Positions 20,812-31,947 of a stretch of 64,000 nucleotides of DNA are shown here, piece by piece. A program made the position numbers and the translations under genes. Source of the stretch: Naegleria gruberi (taxonomy: Eukaryota); assembly GCA_000004985.1 (NCBI GenBank), contig GG738865.1; one strand, 5' to 3'. The notes beneath the pieces are model-generated. The model ran no database searches and was not told the origin of the DNA. It was given only the letters and a program-made list of their open reading frames with translations. How positions within the stretch are numbered: the first letter of the stretch is position 1; every line of letters starts with the position of its first letter.

Positions 20812-21987
20812 TTACAATTTGGAAGGTCTTGTCATTGGAATCTCTGGTGATGGATAGTATCGCTTAGTAGTGCTTCTTTTGAAATTTCCAAAAATTATAA
20901 ATTCACTTGCATCACTCCACAAGTCACTGAAATTTTTCGTATGCTTTGAGAAGAAACCAACATGTCCAATAGGTAAATATTTTGGAGGTGATTTGTTTTT
21001 CATGAGAGGTCGAGGAATCACCTCAGTGTAAAACTCCTTGCATCTATATAAAAATTTACAATTGAATTTTTCAGTGGAAACTTGATTGGTAAACACATCA
21101 TCTTCAAAGACCCAGTTCAGGAATGTTGTATGGTTGACTGTCGAAGGTAACACCACTTGATTGGTTTTTGGATCTGTCATGTATTCAGGTAGGGTTCCAA
21201 AATGTCTCCACTGCTTTGCAACTCCAGTTGGTAAATCTTCCATTGCATTCCAAAAAGTTCTGGATGGGAAATAGCCATACAGCAATGTCAATAAAGGAAC
21301 ACTTTCAAAAAACATTCGTGTTCTCAAATAATGTTGAAATCTATCCTTATTTCTAAATAAATTAATATATCCATTATATCCATTGAATGCTGATAGCATG
21401 AATCCTCTCTGTACTATAGGTGAAACATCTTTAGGTGTGAGCATCATTAAATAAGCTCCAATTGAATTTCCAACAACACTCACTTCCATTGGAATTCCTT
21501 TATAATTATCCGAATGATAGAAATTAACAAAATCCAAAGCACCTCCATAATCCTTAGCCCAATCAAAAAAGGTACAATTAACAGTTGGCTTTTCTCCATC
21601 TCTCGATTCTCCCATTCCTCTATAATCATATGTCAGAACAATCACTGGCTGATTTCTTTCCATTCCATACGCAACCAAATATTCAGCAAATAGAAAGTGA
21701 TAATCCTGATGCATACCAGTTGCAACACTAATTACAACATAGACAATTTTCTTATTTTCCTCTTTTTGAGAATTACCAAATTCAGATGATGAAGAACTCA
21801 TTGTCTTTTTCATGTACTTTTCATCACTCCAAATGTATCCAATGATTGGATAGGAGTCTTCTCTCGATGGAAAAACTACCTTACTCTTAGTAATTTCTCC
21901 GTTTGATGATGAAGATTTTGATTCTCCTCCAACTGTATCATCTTCCGAAGATACTTTCTCATCCAAGTAGAATTGCTTTTGTTCCAT
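20812..21987 (-). CDS. alpha/beta-hydrolase fold protein
   Basis: Nucleophile elbow VVGNSIGAY (GxSxG). Its position after the strand segment VYVVISVATGMH is typical of the fold. 391 aa. Confidence 0.6.
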   Translation of the reverse strand: MEQKQFYLDEKVSSEDDTVGGESKSSSSNGEITKSKVVFPSREDSYPIIGYIWSDEKYMKKTMSSSSSEFGNSQKEENKKIVYVVISVATGMHQDYHFLFAEYLVAYGMERNQPVIVLTYDYRGMGESRDGEKPTVNCTFFDWAKDYGGALDFVNFYHSDNYKGIPMEVSVVGNSIGAYLMMLTPKDVSPIVQRGFMLSAFNGYNGYINLFRNKDRFQHYLRTRMFFESVPLLTLLYGYFPSRTFWNAMEDLPTGVAKQWRHFGTLPEYMTDPKTNQVVLPSTVNHTTFLNWVFEDDVFTNQVSTEKFNCKFLYRCKEFYTEVIPRPLMKNKSPPKYLPIGHVGFFSKHTKNFSDLWSDASEFIIFGNFKRSTTKRYYPSPEIPMTRPSKL

Positions 21988-22254
21988 TTTTTTATTAATA
22001 ATTAAACGTTTTTTATTCAGGAAGGAGAATTGCTTACTAATTTTTTCTCCAATTCTCCGAAGAAAAAATTGTCCTTAGAAGAAGATATTCAATTTGTTTA
22101 CAATGTAATTGTTACAATTTGTAATTGGATTCTTGAAGAAAGAATGAGTTCATAATATTCATGAACCTGTATGAACTGTTGTTGTAAACCTGTTGCGCCA
22201 ATTTCAATTATAAAATCAACAAATTGAAAAAAAATAGAAGAAGAACTCTGATCA

Positions 22255-22968
22255 ATGCATGCAGAGCAGATGAAGACAGTAGTGGAAGAGTCATCATCAT
22301 TTATTCCATTTGATGGAAAATTATCGGAAATGATGAAAGATGTTCGGGAGGATTTTAATACAGATTTAATTGAGGTGATCATGTTGTGGTTCAATCAATA
22401 CAAGATGAGTCATATTAGTCATTTGTATAGGGATTTGGATGAGATTGGAATGAATGATTTGTGGACTAATGTTTGGTTTGCAAAGGAAGATTCCCAAAAA
22501 TTCATGGATAAAGAATTGAAAAAGTTTGAACCTTTTTATGAACAATATATGAATTATGAACCTAAATATCTGTATGAATATATTGCATTGATTGTGCTTT
22601 ATGATCAAGTTCCGAGAAATATATTTAGGAATAGTGCAAAAGCATACGAGACAGATAGAAAGGCATTGGATTTGGCTCGTTCTCTAGTTCCTTACATGGA
22701 TAAGCTGCCTATTCAGTTTAATATTAGTATTATCATGTCATTTGTACATTCAGAGGAATTGGAGGATTTGAAACAAGCCAAACAGTTTATTGAAGCATTG
22801 GAAATTAAGTATGCCAAGTATAATGTGCTGAAGAATCTCAAGCTCATATTTAAAAATCACAACGATAGAATGGAATTGTTTGGAAGAATTCCTGAAAGAA
22901 ATAAGTATTTGGGAAGAGCATCAACAGAAATGGAATTGACCTATTTGAAGAATATCAATTCTCAATAA
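22255..22968 (+). CDS. DUF924-family protein
   Basis: LYDQVPRNIFR matches the DUF924 D-Q-[FV]-PRN motif. The C terminus FGRIPERNKYLGRASTEMELTYL matches the conserved FGRFPHRNxxLGRxSTxEE end. ATG at 22255. Confidence 0.7.
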   Translation: MHAEQMKTVVEESSSFIPFDGKLSEMMKDVREDFNTDLIEVIMLWFNQYKMSHISHLYRDLDEIGMNDLWTNVWFAKEDSQKFMDKELKKFEPFYEQYMNYEPKYLYEYIALIVLYDQVPRNIFRNSAKAYETDRKALDLARSLVPYMDKLPIQFNISIIMSFVHSEELEDLKQAKQFIEALEIKYAKYNVLKNLKLIFKNHNDRMELFGRIPERNKYLGRASTEMELTYLKNINSQ

Positions 22969-23088
22969 TACTGGAAAGAAATAGTATCATTCTCCATCTA
23001 TTTCAAAAAAAAGAAAGCAACTATAAAACTTATAAAGGAGCCTAGACAATCTGTACTCGTTCAATATCATAACTTTTATAGAATGAAT

Positions 23089-23207
23089 GGCTACGGCCAT
23101 ATCACGATGAATGCACCTCATCCCGTCCGATTTGAGAAGTTAAGCATCGTCGAGCTACATCAGTACTGAGGTTGGAGACAACTTGGGAACCTGTGGTGCT
23201 GTAGTCT
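23089..23207 (+). rRNA. 5S ribosomal RNA gene, solitary
   Basis: GGCTACGGCCATATCAC...CATCCCGTCCGATTTGAGAAGTTAAGC...AGTACTGAGGTTGGAGACAACTTGGGAACCTGTGGTGCTGTAGTC aligns along its whole length with eukaryotic 5S consensus. The ends pair (GGCTACGG with CTGTAGTC). A TTTTT pol III terminator follows at 23207-23211. Confidence 0.9.
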
Positions 23208-23426
23208 TTTTATCTTTTAAACCATGTTATGGTTCTTATTCTTTTATTTGGTTTTTAAACTGGTTGTTAACATTTGATCTTTGTGTATTCGAGGAAGTGT
23301 TGTACTCTTTGTCTCCTTGAAGTTTGGTTGTTTAAAGTGGAACATTTTATTAACTTGTTGTGTGGGAAGAAGTTTTATTCTTTGAGTTTGGAACTTGGTT
23401 TCTATTGTAGATTAGTTGACAACTGT

Positions 23427-26065
23427 TTATTCTTCGGGTGTGGAATACAACAGTGCTGAAGGTAATCTCTCACCTGGTTTGATAAAACTCACAAATTCCT
23501 TGGCTACAGCCGAATGGTAATATAACAGATTTGGATTTGTTGTTGATTCTTGCACTGTTGATATTAAATGTTCTAATCTCATTACAACAACATCGTTAGG
23601 ATCCAATCTTTTGGCTTCTGCAAGTTCCTTTCTCATCTTGGTCAAATCATCTTGATCGAATTCATCATCCACAAATAATTTTGAAAAGTATGAAGAAAAT
23701 GCATCAAATTTAGAGTTGGCCTTCTTTTGCTCCAATTCATAAAGCCATTCATCATCTTGCACAATATTCTTTCTAAGAATTTCATATACTGTATCTATTT
23801 GTCCCTTCTCCTTATTCCAGATTCTTTCTGTTGGCCTAGTAATAAAAGACTCCTGTGTTTGTGTAAATGTCCTTGAATCACAAATGATTGCCACATTAAG
23901 ATACCATGAAAAGTCATTCAATAGTTTGGCTCTTTCAATAACCTCTCCAACCAGAGCCATGTAACGCATTTGCTTATTACCAACATTACCTTGAATCATT
24001 TGACCTGATGAAATGGAGATGCATGATTTCAGAGCTATTTGATCATCTTTTTGAATTTGATCATTAATGGAATTGAAAAAGGTTTGTATCTTTAGGGCTG
24101 TTTCAATGGCAGTACTTGAAGGACTCTTATCTGAAGGTGAAAATATAATGACATATTCATTGTAGGCTTTGATTTGTAAATCTGCCTTACAGGTCTTACA
24201 CATTTGTGAAATTGCGGTCAGACATTTAGAAATCAAGTTCTGTAACAATCCAGATTCGTAATCAAAGTTATTCTGATTCAGATTTGGAATGGTCAAATAC
24301 ATGATGGAACACTCTTTCATTCCCAGACCAAGTTTGAATAAATGACTGGACTTGTGATTGGAATTTCTGTGATGGGATTGATGTTGATGAATAGAAATTA
24401 CATCTGAGGCACCGTTTGAACTTCTTCTCGAAATTGTATCAAAATTATTGTTGGAATTCTTGGCTGCTGCTGTAAATGAATTAGCATTATCAGTATTGGT
24501 TTCGGTATCTTGCTTGGCTTCATCCAATTGATTCAAAATGGAATCTGGAATGAATGCTCTAATTTCAGAAAGCCATCTTATTGTTTCACTCAGAGAGGCA
24601 TAGATTGCTTTGGGCTCGCTAAAAATTGAACTTCTTCTTTGAATTTCAGACAAGTGCAAGGTTTCAATATTCTTAAAATCTTGCTGAAGTTTTGCAAATG
24701 GGCTTGTTACTACCCAACCAACAAGAATGCTCACAAGAATTCCCAAAATGGCCACAGCAATAGAAACTCCAAGAATAACCCAACTACTTTCAATAATTCC
24801 CTTCTTAATTTCAGATTCATCAAAGAAGAGAGTCATTCTCCACTTTAAATTGTGGAATGTATAAGGTGCAGAAGAGATGAGGAATGAATTTCCCAAACCA
24901 TTATCCAAACTTGTTTGGAAAGAGGTCAAATTTGCAATATTATTCTCTTGTTGATGTTTGAACAGTTTCTCCATCATTTTACCTGCATTTTGTGAGACAA
25001 TTTCAGTTGTTTTGACTCTCTTTGAATCAACTCCATCCACAGCTAGAGAAGATCCAATAATATAATCATTGCCATACTCTGAAATGATCACAAATCCTTT
25101 TTGCATGACTTTTACAGATGATAAAAACTTGGCGATTGCTGCCAGTGAAATGTTGATCTTGGCAAATCCAATTCTTGTCTTGTTAGTTGATGAGGTTGGA
25201 TCTGATCTCCTATAAATTGGTGTACTCCAAAAACTCGAAATTGGTCCATTAATTACTATTTAAATTAGGTTGAATAATAATAAGAATTAGAGTTAATACG
25301 GTTAGAATATGAGAGAAAACACATACCCTTATAAGGAGCTCCAAAACCACCATTCACATATTGACTATGAACAATCATTGATTCCTTATAGTAATCTGTA
25401 TTGGCTACTACATAGGTAATATTAGTAGTGACCTTATCTGGATAGTATTCTCCTGTGGTCATGTTTGCCTTGTACATGATAAATCGTGAACCCTCTGGTT
25501 TTCTCACATACACCAATGAACCATCTGCATTGACACTGTAGGCATAAAGAGCATTGTTTCCATCCTCTCCAAAACACAGATTTGTCACTGTGACTCCAAA
25601 TTGTTTCACTCGTGTAAAGAGATAGTATTGTATCGATTCAGCCATATCCACAAATCCATTATGGTAATCCTCAGCTATGGAATCGGCAACATATTTGGCT
25701 GGTAACAGTTGTGAATTGACAAAGCCACCAATCTTTTCATTCATATTTTCAATAATTACCTTAACTTGATCCAAAGAGGCCTGTTCATTCATTGTATAGG
25801 AAGTGATCCAGATAGTCAATGCTGTCGTCACCACAACCATCATGATCATGACAATGAGGAATAATCTTACACTGAGTAGAAATCTGAGACAACACCCCCT
25901 ATCTGATGATGAGTAGCCATCATCATAATCCTGCCCTCCCGAATCATCTTCAGGGAACATGTTCTGTAAATTATTATTCTGCACATATTTTGCTGATTTT
26001 GAGAAGGAGAGTTCAGTTTCTGATGTTGTTGATTGTTGAGGAACCACCCTATTCGTTACTACCAT
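23427..26065 (-). CDS. receptor with TM, extracellular Cache-like domain, TM, juxtamembrane linker and a class-III nucleotidyl-cyclase homology domain, apparently catalytically degenerate. Two exons, approximately 26065..25327 and 25255..23427.
   Basis: The intron at ~25256-25326 (GTATGT...AAATAG) joins ..GAPYKG to VINGPISSFWS.. in frame. The first TM is FLLSVRLFLIVMIMMVVVTTALTIWI and the second is WVILGVSIAVAILGILVSILVGWVV. The cyclase-homology core is CSIMYLTIPNL...KAYNEYVIIFS...GQMIQGNVGNKQMRYMALVGEVIERAKLL. By eye this aligns to vlFaDIvgFT...GDaym...GpvvaGvvG.kr.rYdvwGdtVNtAsRmE, with the metal-binding Asp pair and the N/R transition-state residues replaced. Confidence 0.65.
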
Positions 26066-26911
26066 ATTGTATTGTTGTTGTTGTTTAAATGTATATTAAC
26101 GTGGATGATGATGAAGGGGTAATAATAATATTGAATATAAGTTTATAATATAACCGTTAGTATAATATCTAAAAAACGCGAGAAGTATAATTCTTCCTTA
26201 ATATATAAATCACAAATTCTAGTTTTTAATTTCAAATCTTCTAAATGTTTGATGCAACTCTCTCTATTCAATGATTAAAAAAACAAGCCTTATTACTTCT
26301 TGAAATGGCCAATTTAACAACACAACAAGAATATGCAACGTTTTTTACTTTGAGTTGTTTTTTTTTGGAGGGAAACTGGTTCAAGAACAGTTAGACCATT
26401 AGGAGTGTTCAAAAAATCAAAAAGGATATAGAAATAAGTTCAAATAAGGAAGAATTTTTGGATTTAGGTTGAAGTAGACTTTGTTAAGGCACAGTAAACA
26501 CAAGTAATAGTGTAAACTTTTATAATACAAGAGAATCTTTTGTTTAAATGGTGATTATTCTACTTTTAAAGATGCTTAATTCTCCTGGATCTGTTTGCTC
26601 AGGTTCATTCAAAACAATAATGCCAGAGTGAAATAGGATTTGCATTTACAGCCAAGTCTTCAAACACTGGGCTTTACATTCTAATATACCAAAAGGATGT
26701 TCTAGATCAGATAAGCCTTAGTGGGCGCCTGACAAAAATCATATGATAGTTAATTGGAACTCTCGCAATATTATTTTCATCCTCCTCATTCCAACACCTC
26801 TCCAACTCTGTGTCCTTCACTCCAATCTTTAAAAAAAGCGATAAGGACGATGCCTTAGTGCTCAACAACCTTAAAAAAACAAACAACAACAATTTGTTTG
26901 ATATAGGAGAG

Positions 26912-27588
26912 ATGAATAAATACCCAACATCATTAAGTGTATCGAGGAGAGCAATTCTTACTGTCTTGTTGGGACTACTGCTCTTGATTGCATTTTGCAG
27001 CTCGACTTCTTTCATTCATGCACAAGAAGAACAACAAGCAGGAAGACAACATCCACAACCTTCAGGAATGAGACCAAGACCACCACGTCCAATTCATTCA
27101 GGAGAAAGACCACCAAGACCTCATCCTGAACACTCTGGAATAAGACCAAGACCATCTGGAGGACACAAACTCCATCCACAGCCAAGACCTTCAGGAATGA
27201 GACCACGTCCATCTTATGCTCGTCCAAGACCTTCTGGACCAAAACCTCGTCCACCAGGACCAAAACATTCAGGACAAAGACCACCACGTCCACAGCTCCA
27301 CCAAAAGATTCTACAACTATTGAGCCAGACAATGATATTGCTCAAAATCAAACTGGAGAAATTTACCATGGAGAAAAGGAAGGAAATGAATTGACAATGG
27401 AAATTATCATCTTTTCTAGTGTTGGAGCTGGAATTTTATTGATTGGAGTTGTAATTGCTATTGCTCTTGTTAATTTCTTGATTTTGAAAAATAACAAGAC
27501 TAAATTTCAAACTCATACTGAACTTGTGGATGATGAAGCTGATACTACAAGAATTTTGGGTATTAACGATGGATCTGTTCATGCCTAA
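26912..27588 (+). CDS. type-I membrane protein with signal peptide and Pro/Arg-rich (RPRPSG) repeats; a C-terminal TM plus tail is encoded in the +2 frame. Frameshifted or dual-frame low-complexity gene.
   Basis: ATG at ~26912 gives the signal peptide MNKYPTSLSVSRRAILTVLLGLLLLIAFCSSTSFIHA. PRP repeats run to the stop at 27394. The other frame is open from ~27130 and reads ..KTSSTRTKTFRTKTTTSTAPPKDSTTIEPDND..GEIYHGEKEGNELTMEIIIFSSVGAGILLIGVVIAIALVNFLIL.. (S/T-rich stalk, TM, short tail) to 27588. Confidence 0.45.
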
Positions 27589-27927
27589 ATAAAAAGTCAA
27601 TATAATTCAAACCTTGATATTACACCAAGTTTACAACACAGTTTTATTCAATTTTAGAAAGATCCAATGGTAAGATTTTGTTCTTTCAAGGAAACAATCT
27701 TTTGAGGACTCGAAAATTTCAACACCCATCACTAGCAATCGTATATCTCTCTTCATTCAAAACTGTCAAAGATCTTATTAACTGAGGTCAGTACCTCCAT
27801 CCAAATCCTTTAAAAACCTTCTTTAATCCTCACTCCCAAATCTCTCCCAGCAACGTTTTTTCCCACAATGGTCATAATTGAAATAAATTGAAAAACCGTT
27901 AAAGTGGCTGTTATTCAAATCAAAAAA

Positions 27928-28215
27928 ATGTCTGTACATTCCTACCATCACGATAACAATGAATATCCCTATGTTGTTAAGGGGTATGCTGCTAATAGTG
28001 GCAGCTCGCATCACTCGGGTGATCAGACTGAGATGGAAATGCTCAGATCAGTCAAACATAAAACTACACAACAATTGAGTGACCAGATGCATTGTGTGCT
28101 CAATGTGGTCAATCTTCCGAGTTCGAATGGTGAGGGAAAGGGTGATAGCAGTAGTAGAATGAGTTCAAGTCGTTCGAATGTATCGTCTTCAGTGGATTCC
28201 GCAAGGAAGCATTGA
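27928..28215 (+). CDS. small (~95 aa) protein, member 1 of a tandem paralogue pair, function unknown
   Basis: MSVHSYHHDNNEYPYVV...QQLSDQMHCVLNVVNLPSSN is paralogous to the next gene. ATG at 27928; the track start at 27904 is GTG. Confidence 0.55.
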   Translation: MSVHSYHHDNNEYPYVVKGYAANSGSSHHSGDQTEMEMLRSVKHKTTQQLSDQMHCVLNVVNLPSSNGEGKGDSSSRMSSSRSNVSSSVDSARKH

Positions 28216-28653
28216 TTTTATTCCGGATACATCATTATCACCTAAGAAGAAAATATTCTCTAAGATCTCCCTCAACAATATGTAAATAATTACTAAGAGT
28301 TATTTGTAAATATATAAATAAATACATCATGCTAGGAAAATTCTATTAATATAAATAACAGTAATATATTATTTTGCCTCAGTTCTGTAACGTCTATCAA
28401 GATTGCGCCCAATGTTCAAACAAGAACATGATGGCAACTTTATTAGGGCCAATGACTAATAGGGGTTCATTAAGGAAGTCAAAATTGTTGTTGGATTTTT
28501 ATTAAAAAACAAAATCTCATCACTTTCAGCTCTGAATTATTCTTCGTTTTTTGGTTGAGTTATCCAGTAGCTATTAAGAACAAAACCGTTATTTCATTAT
28601 CCAATCTCTCTACTAACAGACAAACATTCATCAAGAGTCTAAATATCGCAAGT

Positions 28654-28926
28654 ATGAGTACCTTCACACCACACCATTATCGTGACAATCAAGAATATCC
28701 ATACGTTGTTCATTCACATGTAAATTTGAAAACCAAGAGTGAATATCATGCAGAGATGAATCACTTGAGAAGTTTACCTCACAAATCAACAAGCCAATTA
28801 GCTGATCAAATGCATTGTGTTGTAAAGGTGGTTCAATCCTTACCTCCATCAAACTCTTCAGTTGAATTGAATACAGCCTCAAAGGTTTCATCAATCTCCC
28901 TCAATAGAAAATCATTCAGAAAATAA
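28654..28926 (+). CDS. small (~90 aa) protein, member 2 of the tandem paralogue pair
   Basis: MSTFTPHHYRDNQEYPYVV...SQLADQMHCVVKVVQSLPPSN shares the motifs EYPYVV and QL[SA]DQMHCV with member 1. The track start at 28555 is TTG. Confidence 0.55.
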   Translation: MSTFTPHHYRDNQEYPYVVHSHVNLKTKSEYHAEMNHLRSLPHKSTSQLADQMHCVVKVVQSLPPSNSSVELNTASKVSSISLNRKSFRK

Positions 28927-29196
28927 GGGAGGAAGAAATTCTGTGATGCGATCTTCTGGAAGCTCTCTAAAGAGATACTTTAAGCCCTAATACTAATAAT
29001 TATTTAATTGTCTCTGTGATGATTTAATAATTATTTAATTAATCTATCCTAAGTATCATCCTAAGCTTCCTAATACTAACTGTAAATACTTCCCTAACAC
29101 AATGTCCTCTCCCTTTGTAAATATAATTTATCAACTAATTAATAAAACAAAACAACAACATGTTCTTTCACCTAACATTGACAAATTAAAACTATT

Positions 29197-30721
29197 TTAA
29201 TAGGAAGAAGTCTTCTTCTTTTTAACTTGTCTAGATGATGAAGAGGATGCTGAAGATCTCTTAACACTTCCTCTTGAACGAGAGGATGATGAGGAAGATG
29301 ATTTCTTACCTCCTCTCTTCACAGCGGCACTTTTTGATGAAGGTCTACCACCAACTCCCTTACTTGCCTTCTTTGCTCCCTTAACACCTCTCTTTGATGA
29401 TGTGGAAGATTTCAATGAGCTCTTTGAGCTGCTCTTCTTGCTTGACTTTCCAGCAGTTCTAATCTTCTTGTCAGCACCCTTGAATTTAGTAACCAATTTC
29501 TTATTAACAAAGACCTTCTTGTAATTGTTGAGTCTGGAATTGGCATCTTTCAAACTCTTGACACCAACTTGCTTTCTGACCTTATCATTGTGCTTTTTAA
29601 TATATGCTTTGATACCATTAGCAGTGGATGGCATGTAAATTCTCTTATTCAAACCAAGAGCAGTGAAACCCTTTCCAGAGCTAATGGCAGATTGAACCTT
29701 TTTCAATGTTCCTCTAATTTCAGAAAGAGATTTAGTCTTGAGAACTGGAGCAATATTTCTGGCAATAGTATTTTCAATAGTTGCAACATGAGTCTCTGAA
29801 AATCTATTAAGATTCATTCCCAATTGTTGAGCACGTCTTGACATGTTACCCAAACCAATATGAGCTAGAGTCTTGGCAATTGGTCCAGCAACATAATTGG
29901 CAGCAGAAGAAATGGAATTGGAATAGTGTCCAACATGTTCAGTGGATTCCAATGAAGTTTCAGATGCTGTTTCATCATTTTCCAAAGTTTGAGCACCACC
30001 TGAGGAGGATGATGCAGCAGAAGCAGATGCAACTGTTGCAGATAGGGTATTCTTTAAGAGATCAGCTCCTGGATGTGAAGTTTTGGAAAGTAAATTGGAA
30101 ACAATTAACATGAGTTGAGATTTGACTTGTTTTTGTTCAGAAGTTTGAGTTGGAATGGCTTCCACAATCTAAAATGATCCAACCACACACATTTTAAAAT
30201 TCCAATATAATCAATATTCCATCAAATCCAATAAATTTTACAAAAATTGTAAAATAACATACAGCATTCAAATCTTCAGCAAAATACAACAAATTTCCAG
30301 CAATAACTCTTTCATCAAATGGGGTAATAGTACTCTTCAATGCTTCAGAAAGAGTTCCAGCTTTAGTTTTTTCATCAGCAGCTTCAAAATTAACACTTGA
30401 TGAAGATTCGTCTTGATTAGTTAACCTTTCGTGTGTTGCTGGCTTTTCTTCCTTGACTGGTTCAACAGGTTGAGAAGGAACTTGATTATTTTGTGGTTCA
30501 GGTTGTGGAGTTTCTTTCTTTTCCTCTGGTTGACTTGTTTGTTCAGGTTGAGGAGTTGCAACTGCTGGTGAATTGGTTTTGCCTTTTGCAGCCAAATTCA
30601 AATTGACCACAACAGAAACGTTTTCTTGAGTTTTGGCCAAACCATCAGCTGCCAATGTGAAAGAAGCAGCAAGGATTGTGAGAAGAAGGATGGAAAATAC
30701 CAACACAAGCGGTTTTGTCAT
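29197..30721 (-). CDS. secreted protein with a P/Q/E-rich region and a Lys/Ser-rich basic C terminus; 2 exons (intron ~30166-30259)
   Basis: Signal peptide MTKPLVLVFSILLLTILAASFTLAA. Removing the GTATGT...TTTTAG intron joins ..LLYFAEDLNA to IVEAIPTQTSEQ.. in frame. The C terminus has KKSSSKSS/SSSSSSRSRGSVKR runs. Confidence 0.55.
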
Positions 30722-31068
30722 TTTTTAGCGAGATGTTCTCATGTCATTAATCGAGTTGCGAAAAAGTGAAACAAGATCTCTAAGAGTGACACTGAAAATT
30801 GATAGAAAATGCAGAAAGGAAAGAAACAAAATATGCCTGCAACAATTTAACAAAATGGTTAATTAATCTCATTCGAAACCAGACTATAGTTGTTTACAAA
30901 AATTCTTAACACAACCACAAAGATTCTCGTTGTATGCAAAGATAACATTACGTCTCTGTTGGCTAACCAAATTTTCCGATCTATTCCCCAATAGTGCTTA
31001 GTTTCGTATTAAGAAGTCTTTCAAGTCACCTTTCATCAGTCAATTCATCTTTAAACATCAACTAAAAA

Positions 31069-31740
31069 ATGGCAAGATACTCTTTCCTTCTTGTACTATC
31101 AACCTTCCTCATCTTGTTATCAGCAACATACCACTTGACAAATACAATGTCAACCAAAACCAACAGTCCAAACCTCTTGCTCGTATCAATAACATTGGAA
31201 AAGCACAAAATATTTGATGGTAGAAGTTTGCAAGATATCAGGAATTATTGTTGATGATTCCGTGTTGAATTTTTGACTTGACACCAAAGAAATTTGCTTC
31301 ATCCACTGTTTCTAATAGTAGTGGAAAGGTAAAATCTGGTAAATCATCAAGCAGATCTGTATCTTCATCAAGAAAATCAAAGACTTCTAAAAATGGAAAA
31401 GTTGGTGGAAATAATTTACAAAAAAGTGGAAGAAAAAACAACAATCAAAAAAGAGGTCGTTAAAATCTTCAAAGAAAACCTCAAAAACTCTCAAGAGAAG
31501 AGTCAATTCTGGTGGTGTTGTTACTCTCGCTAAGAAACCAAAGAAATCTTCAGCAGCTTCTGGAGTCAATTCTGGAGATCATGTGAAATATTACAACAGA
31601 GATTTTGTAAATTATCAATGGGTATTTATTCAGTCAATTCTGACACTGTTGTTGCAGCTCATGCTGTTCAAATTATTGGTTGGGGTGAGGAAAATGGAAA
31701 TGCATATTGGCTTTGTATTTATTTGAAATAATATTTACAA
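31069..31740 (+). pseudogene. decayed cathepsin B-like (papain C1) gene relic with frameshifts, embedded among K/S-rich low-complexity ORFs
   Basis: Frame 1 at ~31625-31715 encodes GIYSVNSDTVVAAHAVQIIGWGEENGNAYWL. Compare cathepsin B [31 protein letters not shown] (active-site His region). Just upstream, frame 3 encodes VKYYNRDFVNYQ (compare VYSDFLLYKSGVYQ). The two parts are separated by a 1-nt frame change. No intact propeptide or Cys active-site region is present, and the whole locus spans under 700 bp. Confidence 0.5.
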
Positions 31741-31947
31741 TATTTCAATAAATATTAAAATTTCAGCCCTCGCTATTGGGGACAAAAACAGTCCGCACTA
31801 GCACGCAATTGCTTTCCGTTATATATGCGCTTTCATTGTTGTTCAAAAAAAATCAACAACAGGATTTTTCACTTTTGGTTTAGAAATTCTTCACATCATC
31901 TTGTTGTAAAAAAAACCGTTACCTTTTTTCATCATCATTAAAGCATC

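Noticed and set aside
22098-22608. Minus-strand ORFs 22098..22394 and 22366..22608 overlapping the DUF924 gene
   Set aside because: They are antisense to a gene with strong family motifs, and their translations are low-complexity.
27012-27332. 106-aa V/L/D-rich ORF antisense to the Pro/Arg-repeat gene
   Set aside because: It is the mirror of a CCA/CGT low-complexity tract on the opposite strand. The sense strand has a signal peptide and repeat logic; the antisense has none.
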